Source: a virus
Taxonomy: Duplodnaviria > Caudoviricetes
IMG/VR virus record: IMGVR_UViG_3300031851_000001
DNA: 64,000 nucleotides
Direction: 5' to 3' (one strand)
The notes beneath the pieces were generated by a model. It saw nothing but the letters and a program-made list of their open reading frames with translations. It was not told where the DNA came from and searched no databases. The position numbers were made by a program, and so were the translations under genes. Shown one piece after another: positions 63,582 to 64,000 of the stretch. Position 1 is the stretch's first letter. Each line of letters begins with the position of its first letter.

Positions 63582-64000
63582 ATGAAATTAAACGAAAAAC
63601 TAATACTCGTTGATTGTGATGGGGTACTGCTTGATTGGCAGTACTCCTTCTATAAATGGATGGCTGAACGTGGTCATAATCCAGTTGCCGATGGTGTTTA
63701 TGACATGGGTAAAGTCTTTGATATGTCATATGACGAAGCCAAAAAAATGTGTGAATATTTTAATTGTTCGGCTGCCATTGGTTGGTTAACACCTTTCCGA
63801 GATGCAGTGAAATATGTACGAAAGTTACATGAAGATCATGGCTTCGTATTTCATTGTATTACATCTCTGTCTACAGATAAATATGCTGGTAAACTACGGA
63901 CTAAAAACCTTGAAGCAATCTTTGGTAAAAAGGTTTTTGAAGAAGTGATTTGCTTAGAATGTGGCGGTGACAAAGATGAAGCTTTAGAACCATACCGTGA
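63582..64000 (+). CDS. HAD 5'(3')-deoxyribonucleotidase-like protein, partial (runs off the right edge)
   Basis: Hand translation MKLNEKLILVDCDGVLLDW...PFRDAVKYV..LHEDHG..F..ITS. Confidence 0.7.
   Translation, partial: MKLNEKLILVDCDGVLLDWQYSFYKWMAERGHNPVADGVYDMGKVFDMSYDEAKKMCEYFNCSAAIGWLTPFRDAVKYVRKLHEDHGFVFHCITSLSTDKYAGKLRTKNLEAIFGKKVFEEVICLECGGDKDEALEPYR

Noticed and set aside
1-64000. Stop-codon reassignment
   Set aside because: Core genes are full length under the standard code, and TAA, TAG and TGA all end genes at tight junctions

Overview
AT-rich, gene-dense segment of a large T4-like (Tevenvirinae/Kyanoviridae-like) lytic myophage genome, read with the standard genetic code. Core T4-type genes are gp33, gp59, gp32, uvsX, gp41, gp61 primase, rnh, thyX, class Ia nrdB/nrdA and glutaredoxin. 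T4 late promoters (TATAAATA) and sigma70-type early promoters (TTGACA-N17-TATATT) recur throughout. Host-derived genes point to a marine alphaproteobacterial, probably Rhodobacteraceae, host: a circularly permuted two-piece tmRNA, 5-aminolevulinate synthase, pseudoazurin, DUF1127, an ATP synthase c-subunit homolog, porins, and heme oxygenase with a PcyX-like bilin reductase. Accessory regions: (i) 0.2-11.7 kb, two converging late-promoter clusters, one with radical SAM, glycosyl- and methyltransferases and one with eight 2OG-Fe(II)/cupin oxygenases, a desaturase and a GNAT; (ii) 19.7-22.2 and 27.8-36.9 kb, ORFs with a shared N-terminal MKxFKxF/H/YxxE motif resembling the T4 capsid-targeting signal, carrying enzyme-like cargo (alarmone hydrolase, ART-like, nuclease-like, ligase-like, nucleotidyltransferase); (iii) a small bioenergetic cassette containing a c-subunit that lacks its F1-coupling loop; (iv) dispersed glycan-modification genes; (v) small early genes behind repeated promoter cassettes. 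No CRISPR array, tRNA, intron or intein was seen. All product calls come from motif recognition by eye; no database searches were run.
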